63,881 nucleotides of DNA, filler included, from Reticulomyxa filosa (GCA_000512085.1; 24 parts of 24 records of this genome joined end to end with filler, not necessarily neighbours in it), one strand, 5' to 3'; shown: positions 1-13,750, counted from the first letter of the whole stretch. Numbers and translations are program-made. The notes: generated from the letters alone by a model not told the origin.

Positions 1-317
1 CATCCAAATCAACAACAGAATTCCCTTCGTTGTTGCAATCGAAACAACCAAGCCAAACGTTGACATTCACACTGACGATGAGCCCTTCTTTAGATCTAAC
101 TGCTGACGAAACTTATGGAGTATGACATTTCCTCAATGGTCTTTGCGCTCGCAAATATCGACGTGGCGATTGCAATGGGAGTCATTGAATTAATGATTGA
201 TGATTGTAGCCACACGTGGCCGAAAAGTTGTTTTTGTGATTGACAATCGAAACACGTGAAGTCCCATGAGTACCGACTTCTCAACCAACAGTGGACACAA
301 AGATATCATCAACACGT

Positions 318-485
318 GACCAAACTGGAGTTCCAACACACGATCAAACGGAATCACCAACATATGACCAAACAGGATCACCGATACAGGGCCGAACTAA
401 GTCATCAATACGTGATCAAACTGAATCGCCAACTTACAATCAAACTGGATCATCAACATATAGTCAACATGAAGCTCCAACACGC
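318..485 (+). repeat. Degenerate 24-bp tandem repeat (7 units) encoding DQT(G/E)SPTY-like octapeptides
   Basis: Units begin at 318, 342, 366, 390, 414, 438 and 462 (e.g. GATCAAACGGAATCACCAACATAT). The frame stops at 504-506 and the upstream frame is interrupted, so this may be a remnant of a Ser/Thr/Pro stalk. Confidence 0.8.
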
Positions 486-1699
486 GATGAGATAGGATTT
501 CCATGAACGTAATACTTCTTCATTGTTTGCATTGTTCATTCCACAAATGTCGGTCCATCAAAACAAAATATTTGCTATTTATGCACTTTTCCTTGCAAAG
601 GCTAAAGCAAAATGATGAGTTATAGTTTTTATGCAAAGATCTGGGATGTTAATAACATGGAGGCATTTGATGATTTGTTTTTTTGAAAGGGAATATAAGT
701 TAGTACTTTTGATGAATGAGCAGCAAGCAAATAAATAAAAAACTTAAAAAAGCACATTACATACTTTTTTTTTTACAACTTCGTTATTAATTAGATCCCT
801 TTTCCCATAAAACAATTACAAAAAAAAAGGAGTCATTGTCAATATTTTTTTTTTAAGCAAATAAAAGTTCAATATCCTCCCTTTTCCCATTGAGACGTGC
901 ACTACCACAAGAAGAAACAAGCCAAGAGACCCAGCGACATTTGGCTTTGACGACACCATCAAAAATGAAGGTCATTTCTTCCAAAATGAGTGCAAACTAA
1001 CAAAATGGTGAGAAAAGGCCTCTATAAGTCGCTTCTCAATTCACGCAGCAGTTCATTTGAATGCATTCCACAACCACACAACGTCTAGTTTGGAAAATTA
1101 TTTACAAAATGCTTGGCAAAGATAAAGGTTTGATGTTGCAACATTCTCCACAAATTCTTCTATCTTCTTGTAACACTCCTCACAAACTTACATTGAGCCG
1201 CTAAGCTTCATACTAGAGACATGTACTGTATAAGTGCCAAAAAAAGTATTAAAAAAAGCCAAATGTGGAGGATTGTAATCATAACAACAAATGTTTGTTT
1301 ACTTTTATCTTTTGAATCATCTCTTGGTGAAATTGATCAGAAATGTCCCAACAAAATAATTACGATGTCATGTTTTTTGTCTAATGTTCTCAGTAATCTT
1401 CATGCAATCTCAAACAAATTATTAAATCCAAAAAACCACACAAAATTACTTTGATTTGAGCAAGGTAATTGTGACACACTTTTTTCTTTGGTCGGATTTA
1501 TTATTGCTTCAATTTTTTTAAACGTCAAATTTTTTTTGATTGATCAGCACCTTTTATTTTATCATTTTTTTTTTGAAAAGTTTTATTTAAAAAAAAAAAG
1601 TTCAACAATCAAATAACAGCAATTACTACAAAATCATCCTTTTTTTTTGTTTCCCCACAAAAAAAAAAAAATTGAATATTTGAGGGCAAAAATCAACGC

Positions 1700-2350
1700 A
1701 ACAAAAGATTTGAGCATGATATGGCTCAGATCAAAAACACACCAAGTTTTTGATGACATGCTAATTGAGTTGGTAGACGGAGTCTGTGTACCAAGAATAA
1801 AACGCTAGCAATTCTTTGGCAAGTAAACACAAAGTCTTGAAACTCTTCTGACGCACTTTGTGCAAAAGGGTGTGATTTCAAGATGCAATGGTAGGAGTTG
1901 CATTACTTGGAGTTCATTCAAACGTGACGTTGATCCAAATTGTTCCAAATCAGCACTTTGAAACTCCAAACGACTGGGGAAAAAGGGGGATTTTTTCGAG
2001 TTCCAAAAACTCAGTTACGTGTTGTTTGAGTTTAACAGGATCCCACCAATCGTATTATGTTTGCGAGGGACCATCATTGCTGTGATCATCATCATCATCC
2101 TTGCCGGCATCAAAATTCGCATAGATATATTTGGAAACCTTCCCTATGCTTTTCAATACACTTCCTGAGCCATCCAAAGCCAGATTGGCTGAACCACGAC
2201 AGCTGCGAGAACGTCGTCATCTCATTCTCTTCCCATCACACATCTGCACTCCCTCGCCACATTGTTTCTCACGTCCCAATACGACAATGGTTTCGGAGGA
2301 TTTGGCAACACTCACAGTGAACTGCTTCGTGCAGCTTTCCAAGCTTCATT
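1700..2350 (-). pseudogene. Decayed coding-like sequence, product unknown
   Basis: Minus-strand reading looks like protein (..SVLKSIGKVSKYIYANFDAGKDDDDDHSNDGPSQT*YDWWDPVKLKQHVTEFLELEKIP..) but has several in-frame stops. Boundaries are approximate. Confidence 0.35.
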
Positions 2351-2714
2351 GACAAGTTCAAAAACTCCATTACGCAATTCAGTTTCTAATGTCATTAGGA
2401 GATACGACAGAGAAAGATATACAGCATGCCAATAATAGTAATAGTAAAATGGAGTCAGATCAATCGATACAAGACATTAGCACATTGGAGATGGCAAAAA
2501 AGAAAACTACGTCTGCAAAACGGTCGGACATAGCAATATCCCAAGAACATAGTCAGACGTCATCACTTCTTTTCGATTGTGAAGGGTCCGACAGAAGAGA
2601 GTCAAAACTAAACCGGAGGACCAACGTGACCATTCTTTGCCTTACCAACAATAAAGATCGAAATGATCAACATGACTTGCCGAAACAGCTCTTGCGTAGT
2701 ATTGCTCATCCCTC

Positions 2715-2814
2715 NNNNNNNNNNNNNNNNNNNNNNNNNNNNNNNNNNNNNNNNNNNNTTAATTAATTAANNNNNNNNNNNNNNNNNNNNNNNNNNNNNN
2801 NNNNNNNNNNNNNN
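2715..2814. other. Artificial contig linker N44-TTAATTAATTAA-N44 (first of 23)
   Basis: Identical 100-nt spacers with stops in all six frames at 2715-2814, 3892-3991, 5883-5982, 8194-8293, 10591-10690, 12754-12853, 15075-15174, 16383-16482, 18406-18505, 20823-20922, 22001-22100, 24043-24142, 26698-26797, 27896-27995, 30175-30274, 36480-36579, 37858-37957, 39116-39215, 40365-40464, 42557-42656, 48761-48860, 52810-52909, 62352-62451. Genes are truncated at them. Confidence 0.98.
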
Positions 2815-4038
2815 TTGAAAATAGGTTAAAGTCTAGCAACGTTTGTCTTTATTAAAAAGTAATTTTAAAATGAATTGAAAAAAATCATAACATGTGTTTA
2901 CAATTTCTTTTCAAACTCAATAATGTTTTGAATATGCCACATACATTACAAGTTAGTTGGACTTATTCAAACATATGAAATCTGTGTACATTAAATGTAA
3001 ATATAAATTCATTTTCTTTTTTGTGAATATGAGATATGGAATTTGTATTGGATAGTATTTGAATTAAGAATTTAGTAACAGAACGTCAAATTGTTGCAAA
3101 CTGACACATTTAAATAACTTTTAAGCAATTAAATTAAATATTCTTCATTAGCAACGCACAATGCAAATTTTTATATTAATTTGTGTAATTATTTGGAAAA
3201 ATTAAACTTATTAATCAAGATCCATTTTAGTAAAATGTTGGACAAAAATCAGTGCAAATAAAGTAGTGAATGATACTGTCAACTATGAAATCATATTGTG
3301 ATAAATTTATCTTACACAATTTCAAATAAACTATGTTATTCTGAAAAGAAATAGTAAACATTGTCGAGTTCAATTTTTTCTTTTGTTAGCTGCCTGTATA
3401 AATTGTGCATATCACAAGAGATTATTGTATTTTAATACAAATTGCATCTTTGCAGGATCATTTGAGTAATTATTTCAAAAGCAAGCTAATGTCAATACAA
3501 TGACAATGTTTTACAATTCTTTCAGTTAGAACAAAACAACAACTCGTTCTTAATACTGCAAATAGAGCACCGATTGAAAATAAATACGATGATTACGCCA
3601 ATAATAGTATGTTCACAATTTTTTTTCAAAAAACTAAATTTAATTCATTGTTGTATGAATGTGATTTGCACAAATTTAAAATGATTGGAGACACAATGTA
3701 TTTAAAAGTAACAAGAAACAATGAATTGCAGAAACTATTGCACGAAGTGATAAAGAATGACCATTTGCATGATTTAGTCACACTTCAGTGCACAAACAAA
3801 AAAGAGAAACACAAACTCGATGAAAATATCAATAATAAAAAAAGCATTTATTTTAAATAATAACACTATTCACATCACTGTTAAGTCACTANNNNNNNNN
3901 NNNNNNNNNNNNNNNNNNNNNNNNNNNNNNNNNNNTTAATTAATTAANNNNNNNNNNNNNNNNNNNNNNNNNNNNNNNNNNNNNNNNNNNNGACAAACAT
4001 AGGAAGAAAAGAGGAAAGTCATACCGCCAACCAATATA

Positions 4039-4147
4039 ATGCGATCGACAGTGGCAATGGACAAAAGTGTGATAAACTTTAACGACGACGCAGATCACAA
4101 AGGAACAAAGAAAAGAAGCAGCACCGACGATAATGACGATGGTAATA

Positions 4148-4179
<32 letters not shown>

Positions 4180-4516
4180 GAAGATGGGCTATCGGATAAG
4201 CACTCGTTGGAAATGGAAATCGACTTGGAAATGGTGGAAGATGCATTATCGGTGATCGAACTGAATGACATGGACTTGAAGGACGACAATGACGAGGAGA
4301 GCAAGCATACGGACGTGACGACACCCAATCAAAAAACGATGGAAGCACAAGGCAGTTATAAGCCAGCAAAAACAACAACAGCAGCAGCAGCAGCAGCAGC
4401 AACAGTAGCGACAGTAGGAACGGTGACATCTCCAGTTGCGTCGTACGCGCAGTCGAGCAGCAGCGTGACGTCACCAGCGTCGAGCATGCATCATACCATT
4501 ACAACAACAACAACAG

Positions 4517-4549
<33 letters not shown>

Positions 4550-5427
4550 GTGCTACCAATGCGAAAGCGAGTCGCGACGTATTGAACAAGCGCTTGGTGC
4601 AGATGAACAGCAATAGCAAAGATGCCGTCTCGTGGAGTGGCGTGGACATCAATCCCAATGGCTATTCTTCCTCCGGAGATGAGGCTATGACGAGACCGTC
4701 GCTTTCGAATGAAGATGATGATGAGTTCAAGAACAAAGGCAAAGATAAAGATAAAGAGAAACGAAAAGCGGCTGAAAAGCCTTTGCTAAAGAATACCAAT
4801 AGCCTATCAATGGCCGAAGACAGTGTAAGCATGGCCCATTACGACGGGATCAGCAAGGCGTTGGGAGTACGCACCGACATGCCCGCGGGCATGAGCGACC
4901 CCTTTGGCATGGACGAGTTCCCTTTCGAACTGACCGATGACCGCAGTCGAATCAAGCTGATGAAACGCGATGTCGACCAGTTGGACATGATCACGTCCGC
5001 CACCACCACTATCAATGACGACCTGGCCAATCCCAATGCGCTCGCAAGCGAAAAGAACCTGAAATTAAAAGAGTCCATCTTGAACAGCAAACACTTGTAC
5101 AACCAACTGTGCAAAGAAAACGAAGCCATCGAACACATCCTGCAACGCATCCAAGCCGAAAATCAGCTGTTGAGGGAGCTCAAGGTCATCGCCAAAGACA
5201 ACCTGGCGACTTTGGACGAAATGCTGGCGCTGGTCAGCGAACAGGTGCTATTGTATTACAAACAGTTTGTCAGCGTATCCATGTCCTGTGACATACTCGC
5301 CGATCTGTGTGAAGTCACGTCTGCGATCCAGTACAATACACCCATGGCAACTGCCGATCTTCACACTCATTACCATCGTCCCCACAGCGCAATTTCGCCT
5401 AATGATAACAAATCCAAACACATTACC

Positions 5428-5477
<50 letters not shown>

Positions 5478-5882
5478 GAATGAAGCTCGACAAGAATGTC
5501 TGTACTATCAATCGGCAATCATTGATTGCAACGAAGTGTGCGACAACTTGGACATGACCAAAGACAGTCTGAGTTGGTGGAACGAACACCTGTGGAAGAA
5601 GGAAGAGTTTGCCAATGGGAGTCTGTTGGAAATCTCCGTCGTTAAAATCAACCGCTGGCATGAAGACACCTTGCGGGCTGTGTATTTAGATTGCACCAAT
5701 GGCAACATTGCCATTCACGATCCCAACCCCAGTCGTGCTGACAAAAAGATTGACAAAATCTTTGACAACGATATCATCGAACACATTGAATTCCGAATCA
5801 ATACGGAGTCAACTACCAATGACTCTTCCGTCATCGATAATAACAATAATAGCAATAATAATAATAATAATAATAATAATAA
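4039..5882 (+). CDS. Partial unknown protein with acidic, poly-Thr, poly-Ala and poly-Asn tracts and a central coiled coil
   Basis: Uninterrupted ORF of about 615 codons with coding-like composition, running into the linker. No family recognised. Confidence 0.7.
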
Positions 5883-6130
5883 NNNNNNNNNNNNNNNNNN
5901 NNNNNNNNNNNNNNNNNNNNNNNNNNTTAATTAATTAANNNNNNNNNNNNNNNNNNNNNNNNNNNNNNNNNNNNNNNNNNNNTCCGGGTTTTAAAAACCC
6001 GGAATTCAAACCCTTCGGTCCAACGTTGGAACCGAAAGGGTTTGAAAAAATGATACGCATACCCCTATAATTTGGTATACGTTTGTCTTGTAATTGATGG
6101 GGGGGACAGCAATTAGTAGATACACCAGAA

Positions 6131-8193
6131 ATGATCGCACATCAGGCAACATTCCAAGCCGGAGGAAATTTATTTATCGGTGGGAACAACATGTCGCAAA
6201 CGCTAAATATAAGGGGTACAATTCTGAACATTCTCGGAACAGACGAAATGTTAATGCAAATGTTGTTGTATTTGGAAACGAGGATGAAATACTTACGACC
6301 GGATAGCAATTTCGCAATTGGATCCGTTATATTTGGCAATAAGAAGTTGAACGGAGATCATAAGCAGGACGTGGTAGCCCAATCGGCAACGTCGATCACA
6401 TATGCAGTATATGCATTTGTGGCTCTGTGCTGCATCACGGCTGTGCTCGCAAAGATCCATGAAGCGTATATGGGCACGGACACGTTGCGAAGTGCGGGCT
6501 TGGTGTTCTTTGGTTTGTACGCGTGGGACTTTTACAGTGACGCCGTATTTATTGTGCGCTTGGCACAAGTGGGCGCGTGGTATTTGTTCCTCGTGGGGAT
6601 GGCCTTTTTGGTGATTCCTTACGTGCTGAATCTGAAACATTTGCTCGCTTTCCAAAAGCAATGGATGGCCGACCCTGCCATGAGTGAGCGCTTGACGTCA
6701 TGGCTGATCAACTACTCCCGCTTTTTAATTTCCACGACGATGATAAGTGGTAGTGTATTTGCCGCGATTGAATTATTCAATACCAATCTGTTTGGATTGG
6801 AAGTGATGTCAATGGGATTGCCAGAAAGACAATTGAAGAAATCGGCAGTTGAACGACTCTACAGTAATATCCTCTTTGAAAACTTGCCGCAGATATTGAT
6901 CCAATTCTTTTATAGCTATTTCTATTCGAATGCATTCGATGGCGGGAAAATTGATCGCGTGGTCATTTACGCGTTCGCATCGAGTATTGTTTCGATTGTG
7001 ATTGCACTCATCGATTTGTGGACTTCGTTGGAACTGATCCAGTCGATGAAAGAAGACAATATCTTCTTTGGAAAAGGAGCCACTTCGGGAGAAAACCCTT
7101 TGACCAACAAAACCTTCTTTTTCTTCATTGAAGACGAAGAAATTGTCGAAAAGAAACACATGCTACGACAAAAACATTGGGGACTACGTGAAGCACTTGG
7201 TGAGTCTTTGGAAGTCCATCCACGGACCATTGAGCTTACTCAATTGGTCCCTTCCACCGAAGGACTCAAAGTCGGTTTTACCGTCTTTACCAATTTCAAA
7301 ACAAAAAATGAATTGACACTCGCGTTGTTAGATTCCTTTGTTTCTGGCGCATTTTGTAAAGTTTCGTTTTTGTTTTTGTTTTTTTTTTTCCCTATATCTA
7401 CGCATCACGAATGTATACGTATGTTTAAAACAAAAAAAATAATAATAATAACGTATATAAGAATGTTATGAACAATATACAAAAAGTAGTTTTGATTGGT
7501 TGGGATGGGATGGAATAGAGCATTTGTGCCAGCTGGAAACTAGACGATGTTCCGGTATGTGGTATGCTGCAGACGATAGTCGATAACCGCATTTGGTAAA
7601 AGAATACATTGAGAGAGAATACAGGGGGGGGGGGGAAAAAAAAAGAGAGAATTGAATCTCACAATGCATACGTATATAAAAACGATTACCAAATTTGTGG
7701 CTTGTTTTGTGTTTTAAATTGCGACGAAATAAAAGTGTGGTGCATATTGACGGAACAGTCGATTATGACTTTGACGCAAGCAGAATAACAGGCTACAGAC
7801 GAAGCACGGCGTGGGTGGAAGAACGACGTATCGTGTTGGAAACCCAAAAAAAAAGGAAGTACAAAAGATGCAAGAGGCCAAAGACCTGTTTGAAACTTGG
7901 GACTACCTTGGACAGGATACAACAGCTCCAAAAGAACAGATGGGTGAGCAAGCGGATGAACCACTGATTGTATCCCCGACTGTGGGAAGTCAGCAACCGA
8001 CAACGATTCGTCGACTGTCAGCAACGCCCAAATTCGCGCCATTGTCTTCGCCGGCGATAACCGCCCGATCATTGCAAGTCCAACAAAACACTTTGTCGCA
8101 CGAAAAAAGGATATCGTCGCAATCAGACGTCGAGGGAGTACGCGCGGAGCTTCAACAAGAATTGGGAATACAATTACAACTGCAAGAATTCGA
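6131..8193 (+). CDS. Partial multi-pass membrane protein with an ENLPQILIQ (XK-related-like ExxPQxxxQ) motif and cytoplasmic tail
   Basis: About 6-7 hydrophobic segments in ORF 6131-7360. Intron 7361-7461 (GT..AG), further exons to the linker, probable A-run indel near 7856. Confidence 0.7.
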
Positions 8194-8293
8194 NNNNNNN
8201 NNNNNNNNNNNNNNNNNNNNNNNNNNNNNNNNNNNNNTTAATTAATTAANNNNNNNNNNNNNNNNNNNNNNNNNNNNNNNNNNNNNNNNNNNN

Positions 8294-10590
8294 GCAACAA
8301 CGTCGTGTCAGTCGATAATTGGATCGACAATTCAAAAATCATTCCATCATTTGACAAAACAAAGCAATGAATTACTTCAATGTCAGCAGTCGATTGTATT
8401 ATTCTCCCCCCCTCTCCGTCCCTCTCAAATACCTTGTCACTGCGGATATGAACGAATTGTTCGAATCTCTCGGATGCAAGAAGTGGAATGGTCTTCTGTT
8501 GACAAGACTACCACTCAAAAAATGGTAGTTCTAAGGAACGAACCTTTCAATGATTCCAAATAACGGAATGATTGATGGTAGTATTGTCATTGAAACTGAA
8601 GCACTCACTCGAACAGTAAAAATTCAATTTATCACATTCACAAGGATTTGCTATTCCTCTTTCCTGCCACATGACGTTATGATCGTGATTGGATCCATTG
8701 CTTGAAAAAGTATTATATGTATGTATTTATATATTCAACATAACATCTTTATACGTATATTGATTATTTATGTTGTATGTGGTACTTGAAATTTTTTAAT
8801 AAATATTTAAATTGTACAAATGAAAAAAGGCAGTTGTTGCTGTTTATATTGCCATTGGTGCTGCAGTGAGTTCCCAGCAATAATGGCAACAGCATGTATT
8901 AATGGTTGCAGATATGAAAGTAAACAAAGTGGCAAATCATTATCAAATTGTTGCTGATGGAAATTCAATATAACGAATAATGGAGCCACACTACAACATG
9001 TGTGCTTGTCGCTGAACAAATATCGATTTTAGTGACAGCATGAATTGGATATGGATCATTGTATTGCGCTTTGAATGGCGTATAATTTGAAAAAAAAAAT
9101 TAAAGGTTCATATCATGTAATGTGGTGCATGATATATTGAAACAAAATCGAACGATTTGAAAGTGGTGAGCTAATTATTATCATGTCATATGCGCAACCT
9201 ATATTCCAAGTTATAATGTGATTGAAACATGTATGATCAATACATACGTAAATAGAGTACAATACCTGTCTATCGAGTATTATTGATTGGAGAAGAAAGA
9301 GATATAGTTGATTGCATTTTCCGGTTCAATTGCCGCAAGAGTTGTGTGCCTTGCGTTTGTCGTGCAAGCGCGTATTATCTTTGCTGAACTGCTTCCTGGA
9401 TCGACTATAAAGTACGGACGACGTGTTGGGTGGCCTCAAGAAAGTAAGAAGTTGAAGACGATGAAGAAAAAAATGTGAATGTTATCAGAAAATATGCGAC
9501 ATTGCGACCGGGCAAACCACTGCATCAGTAGAATAATCGCATGTAATAATGGTTCAATTTAGTTGTGCGAAACTCCAAGACACCAGCAAGAAAGAATAGG
9601 AAGAAGAAGATGAAAATGAATAAAATAAAAAGAAAGTCAAGTCCGTTTCGTGTTGGATTTGTTTAAAAGGAAAAAAGAAAAAATTAGTTGATAGGCTTTA
9701 CTGGAATTGGTTATGGATTCGCAAAACGCGCAAAGTCGCCACTCGCGGCGTAGACTAACTTCCAATAGCAGTGGTAACCCGAAGTATTTGTTTGTCATCA
9801 ACGTATGTGGACATAAGTCTCTGGTGCTGTGCCATGCCAAGAATTATTCGCAAAGATAGTGTCCAACTGCGATATACCGGCGCCAACGAACAATATAAAC
9901 TTGATCGTCATGGAAATGGCACTAATTTTATAAATTCAGAACAACAATCGAAACTGGTCGTGTGCGTGCGCACATGCGCAAATTTGGATTTTAAATCATG
10001 CACGTGCTGATGGTATGAATGGTAAGCTCGCAGGCTACATTGAGCATTGACAATTGATGAATAGATAGAACTTGTCGCATTTTCTAGCTCAATCATTGCA
10101 ATAGTTGTTTGTTTTGTGTTTGCGGGAACAGATGACTATTATCTTTACCAAACTGCAACTATTGACTATTGGAGACGTGTTGGATTGCACTCAAGAAAAC
10201 AAGCAAGAAGAACAACAGCGAATACGTCAATAATAATTAAGAAAATACGATACGCTCAATCATCGTATCGCCAATCCAAAAATTACTAAATGGACGCGAG
10301 AATTTCCAACAATGACTATTTTCCAAGGACAATATCATAAGGTCGACTAGAGCGAATGAATTTGATGTTTAGAAAATATCAATTATATGATGGTGTTGAA
10401 ACAGTTGCAAAAAAATTCTTATAGTTCAATCTAGACCTTGACGCTGTCTGACTATGAAGGCGAGCTTGTTAAGAAGAAAGAAAAAAAAAATGTGTAATAT
10501 CGCACAAAATGTAAACTTATTGATATCGCAAGGACAGAGCAGCGATTGGATTGGCCGAAGAAATGGACGTTGAAGGAAATACATAATCAC
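8294..10590. pseudogene. Contig of coding-like but stop-riddled DNA (probable pseudogene remnants)
   Basis: Moderate-GC blocks separated by intron-like AT/TA tracts, but no ORF above about 80 aa and no recognisable family. Confidence 0.3.
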
Positions 10591-11703
10591 NNNNNNNNNN
10601 NNNNNNNNNNNNNNNNNNNNNNNNNNNNNNNNNNTTAATTAATTAANNNNNNNNNNNNNNNNNNNNNNNNNNNNNNNNNNNNNNNNNNNNTGATTTGTTT
10701 TTTTGTTTACTTTTTAGATTATGCGCATTTGCGAAGCGACAAAAATGTTTAAAATTTTGAATTTCACTCGCGACAACGCAAGCCTATGCAACTTGTGTTT
10801 TTAAAAATTTTGTAAACTTTTTTTTTATGCTTTCACATCTTCAAAATTTTCAAATTTTTTCAAAGGAATTTTTATTGAAAAAATATTTTAATTTGTTCCA
10901 GAAAAAGTTTTAAGTTATTCACACCTTTCTGTTTTTTTATCAAACCAACTAATAGGACAACAAAAAAGCAGTAATATTTATGTCTTAAATTGAATATGAC
11001 GAACATCAATTTACTTTGATTTCTCATCGAAATCAACATTAGCAGTTTGTTCCTATTGTTATTTGTCCATAAAATGATTTTAAAAAAATATTTATATCAT
11101 AAAAAAATTAAAGTTTAACATTTGTCTTTTCTGCTTGTTGTTGAGTGCCTTACTCGACCATAATTTTCTACCAATTTTGCTTAATGTTTTATTTGGGCCT
11201 TCAATTCTTCAGCTGTGACATTTGCGAATTGATTTTCTGCTAATTAATTGTCTTTGTGTCATAATCATTGGTTTTTATTAAAAACATTATACAATATTAT
11301 TGAAATAATATCAAATGTACATCAATACAACAAGTTGTCGAAACCCTAAATCCCCCTTGTTATATTTTTGGTTTTTGTATCGCTCTAACTTTGCTTTGTT
11401 ATGTCAGATACTTTTTTAGTCAATGTAAAGTTCGGGTGATAAACCTCGACTGAAATTTTCTTAAATTTATTTCAATTTTTTTGGTCAATTGCTTTAAACA
11501 TTTTACAACCAGGCACTTTTTGATTGGTTTGTTTCTCTCAACAACGGAAAAACAAAAATGGTCACAAACCAAAAAAAAACAAAAGAATATAACAACCAAC
11601 AAAAAGTTGTTGACGAGAAATTTAAAAAAATAAAAATTGAAAACGAGCAAGTCTTCAAACATATACGAAGAAAAATACAAAAATAGAAGAAAAAGCCGAG
11701 AAG

Positions 11704-12753
11704 TCACAATGGTTTCTGTTCTTCACGAATATTCCAATTGAATTTGCTTCTGTTTATATTTTTATGTTTATTTTTTAATATTTCCAAACGGAATGACAAA
11801 ACGGAGAGTATATAAACGCCACAGAATTGATGATAGACCCAGAGCGTAGTATATGTATACACAAAGATAAAGAAAAAACCTGAGCTGGTAAAACCATTCA
11901 GCTCCAAACGCATGTTGTTTGAATGTAGGCAATGGAAATTCGCTACCGACGATTTCAACAACGTCTCCTCTTTGCAGTTGAACAGCATTTGCTGAGCCAT
12001 CGAATTGTGCGATAGGAAGATATCTAGCTTCATTCGGCACTCGTATTTGAATAATGGAAGTGTCTGGAACAATGACGGGACGGAATGACAACGTGTGCGG
12101 ACAAATGGGCGTGATGCAAATGCTCGGTACCATGGGCGACACCAGTGAGCCACCAGCACTAACGCTGTAGGCAGTACTGCCCGTCGGCGTTGCAATGATT
12201 AGGCCATCTGCATTCACCGTTGTCACTTGTTCTCCATCGACAAACAACTGCACAGCGATCATGGACGCAAAGGGTCCTCGAGTGATCAATACTTCATTCA
12301 GCACCGTATGTTCCGTGCCCATTTCAACAAACTGGAATTTTCAAACAAATCAAAATTTATCATCTAGCAAAACATTAATTTTCCAAAACAACAAAAAAAA
12401 AATGAATAACATATATAAATGTATATGTATGTACATATATATATGCATACATATAATAAATATATTATATGTATATACATTAACATTACTTCAAATTTGC
12501 GATCTGATTCGAGACCAGAAATGGACACTGTGCGCAAAAACTTGAGAGAGCGATCTTCATTTCCAAATTCGGCCTCGTCATCTGTTGTTTCTGGACTGCC
12601 CATGGTTGTAGCCACGCCAAGCTCTTCAATCAATCCGTCGTATCCCACCAAACTTGGGCTGTCTTTGTCCACTCTGCTTTTCATTGTTTTGCTGGTACTG
12701 TTCTTTTTACTGGCATAGGCCATGCTCGTATTTGTATTATTGTTATTATTGTT
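11704..12753 (-). CDS. NADK: NAD(+) kinase, C-terminal part
   Basis: VLNEV, ADGLIIATPTGSTAYSVSAGG and ITPICPHTLSFRP motifs. Intron 11750-11879 joins WFYQL to RSKFNWNIREEQKPL*, a typical NADK C-terminus. 5' end is lost at the linker. Confidence 0.95.
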
Positions 12754-13103
12754 NNNNNNNNNNNNNNNNNNNNNNNNNNNNNNNNNNNNNNNNNNNNTTA
12801 ATTAATTAANNNNNNNNNNNNNNNNNNNNNNNNNNNNNNNNNNNNNNNNNNNNAAAAAAAAAAAAACACCCCAAAAAACAAAACAAGTCACAGTTCTACC
12901 ACTGGCTGCTTTTAGTTACAACGTCCAACTTTTTACATACACTAGTAAACGTTAGCGTCTCTAATGTACTTAAATAATAAATGTCCGAGACAGTTTTAAT
13001 TCAAATACAAATAGTTGACAAAGATTAAACACCAAAAAAGTTAAAATTTACTCACCAAGCAGTTGAAAAAAACAAAACGGGACTGTCAAAAAAAAAAACA
13101 TTC

Positions 13104-13750
13104 ATGAGTGATAATCGTAAAACTGGACGTAAAGCTAGTGCTAGTGGAAGTGGACGCATAGGGCGTGCCAAAAACACTAGTAAGCCGAAAGAAGTGTTAA
13201 GGACAGGCAAATCTGCGAGAGCAGGCTTAGCACTTCCAGTTGCACGTATTCATCGCTACATGAAACAAAGAAATTATGCCAAACACATTGGTACCGCAGG
13301 CAGTGTATTTTTAGCTGGAGTGTTAGAATATTGTAAGTTTCTTTTTCTTTATTCTTTATTTATTTACTCTTTTCGGAGATGAAGAGTGATCAAATAGGTG
13401 TTGCAGAGTTATTGGAATTGGCAGGAAACGCTTGTTTAGTTTCATTTTGTTCTAGGAAACTTCTCCGGAAGAAAATGTATTAACCAACAAAATTACAAAA
13501 AAAAAAAGCAACATAAAATAAAATAAAAATCAATTCTGCAGGCAAAGACAATAACCGAAAAATAATATCCCCACGGCATATCCTTTTGGCAATAAAGAGT
13601 GATGATGAACTAAATTTGTTGTTGGAGAATGTTTGTATTGCATATGGTGGTGTTCAACCACATATTCACCAAGCACTCATTACTAATAAAAAAAAGGGCT
13701 CACAAGATTCTGACCAAAGTTTTTTTACTCCTCAAAAAGGTTCACAATAA
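13104..13750 (+). CDS. H2A: Divergent histone H2A (157 aa, two introns) with SQ motifs in the C-tail
   Basis: Exons 13104-13332, 13398-13433, 13542-13750 give [87 protein letters not shown]. Confidence 0.95.

Noticed and set aside
10975-11060. Minus-strand KSK*IDVRHIQF resembling the copia RNase H KHIDVR motif
   Set aside because: Short match with a stop, and no other retroelement motifs or LTRs.
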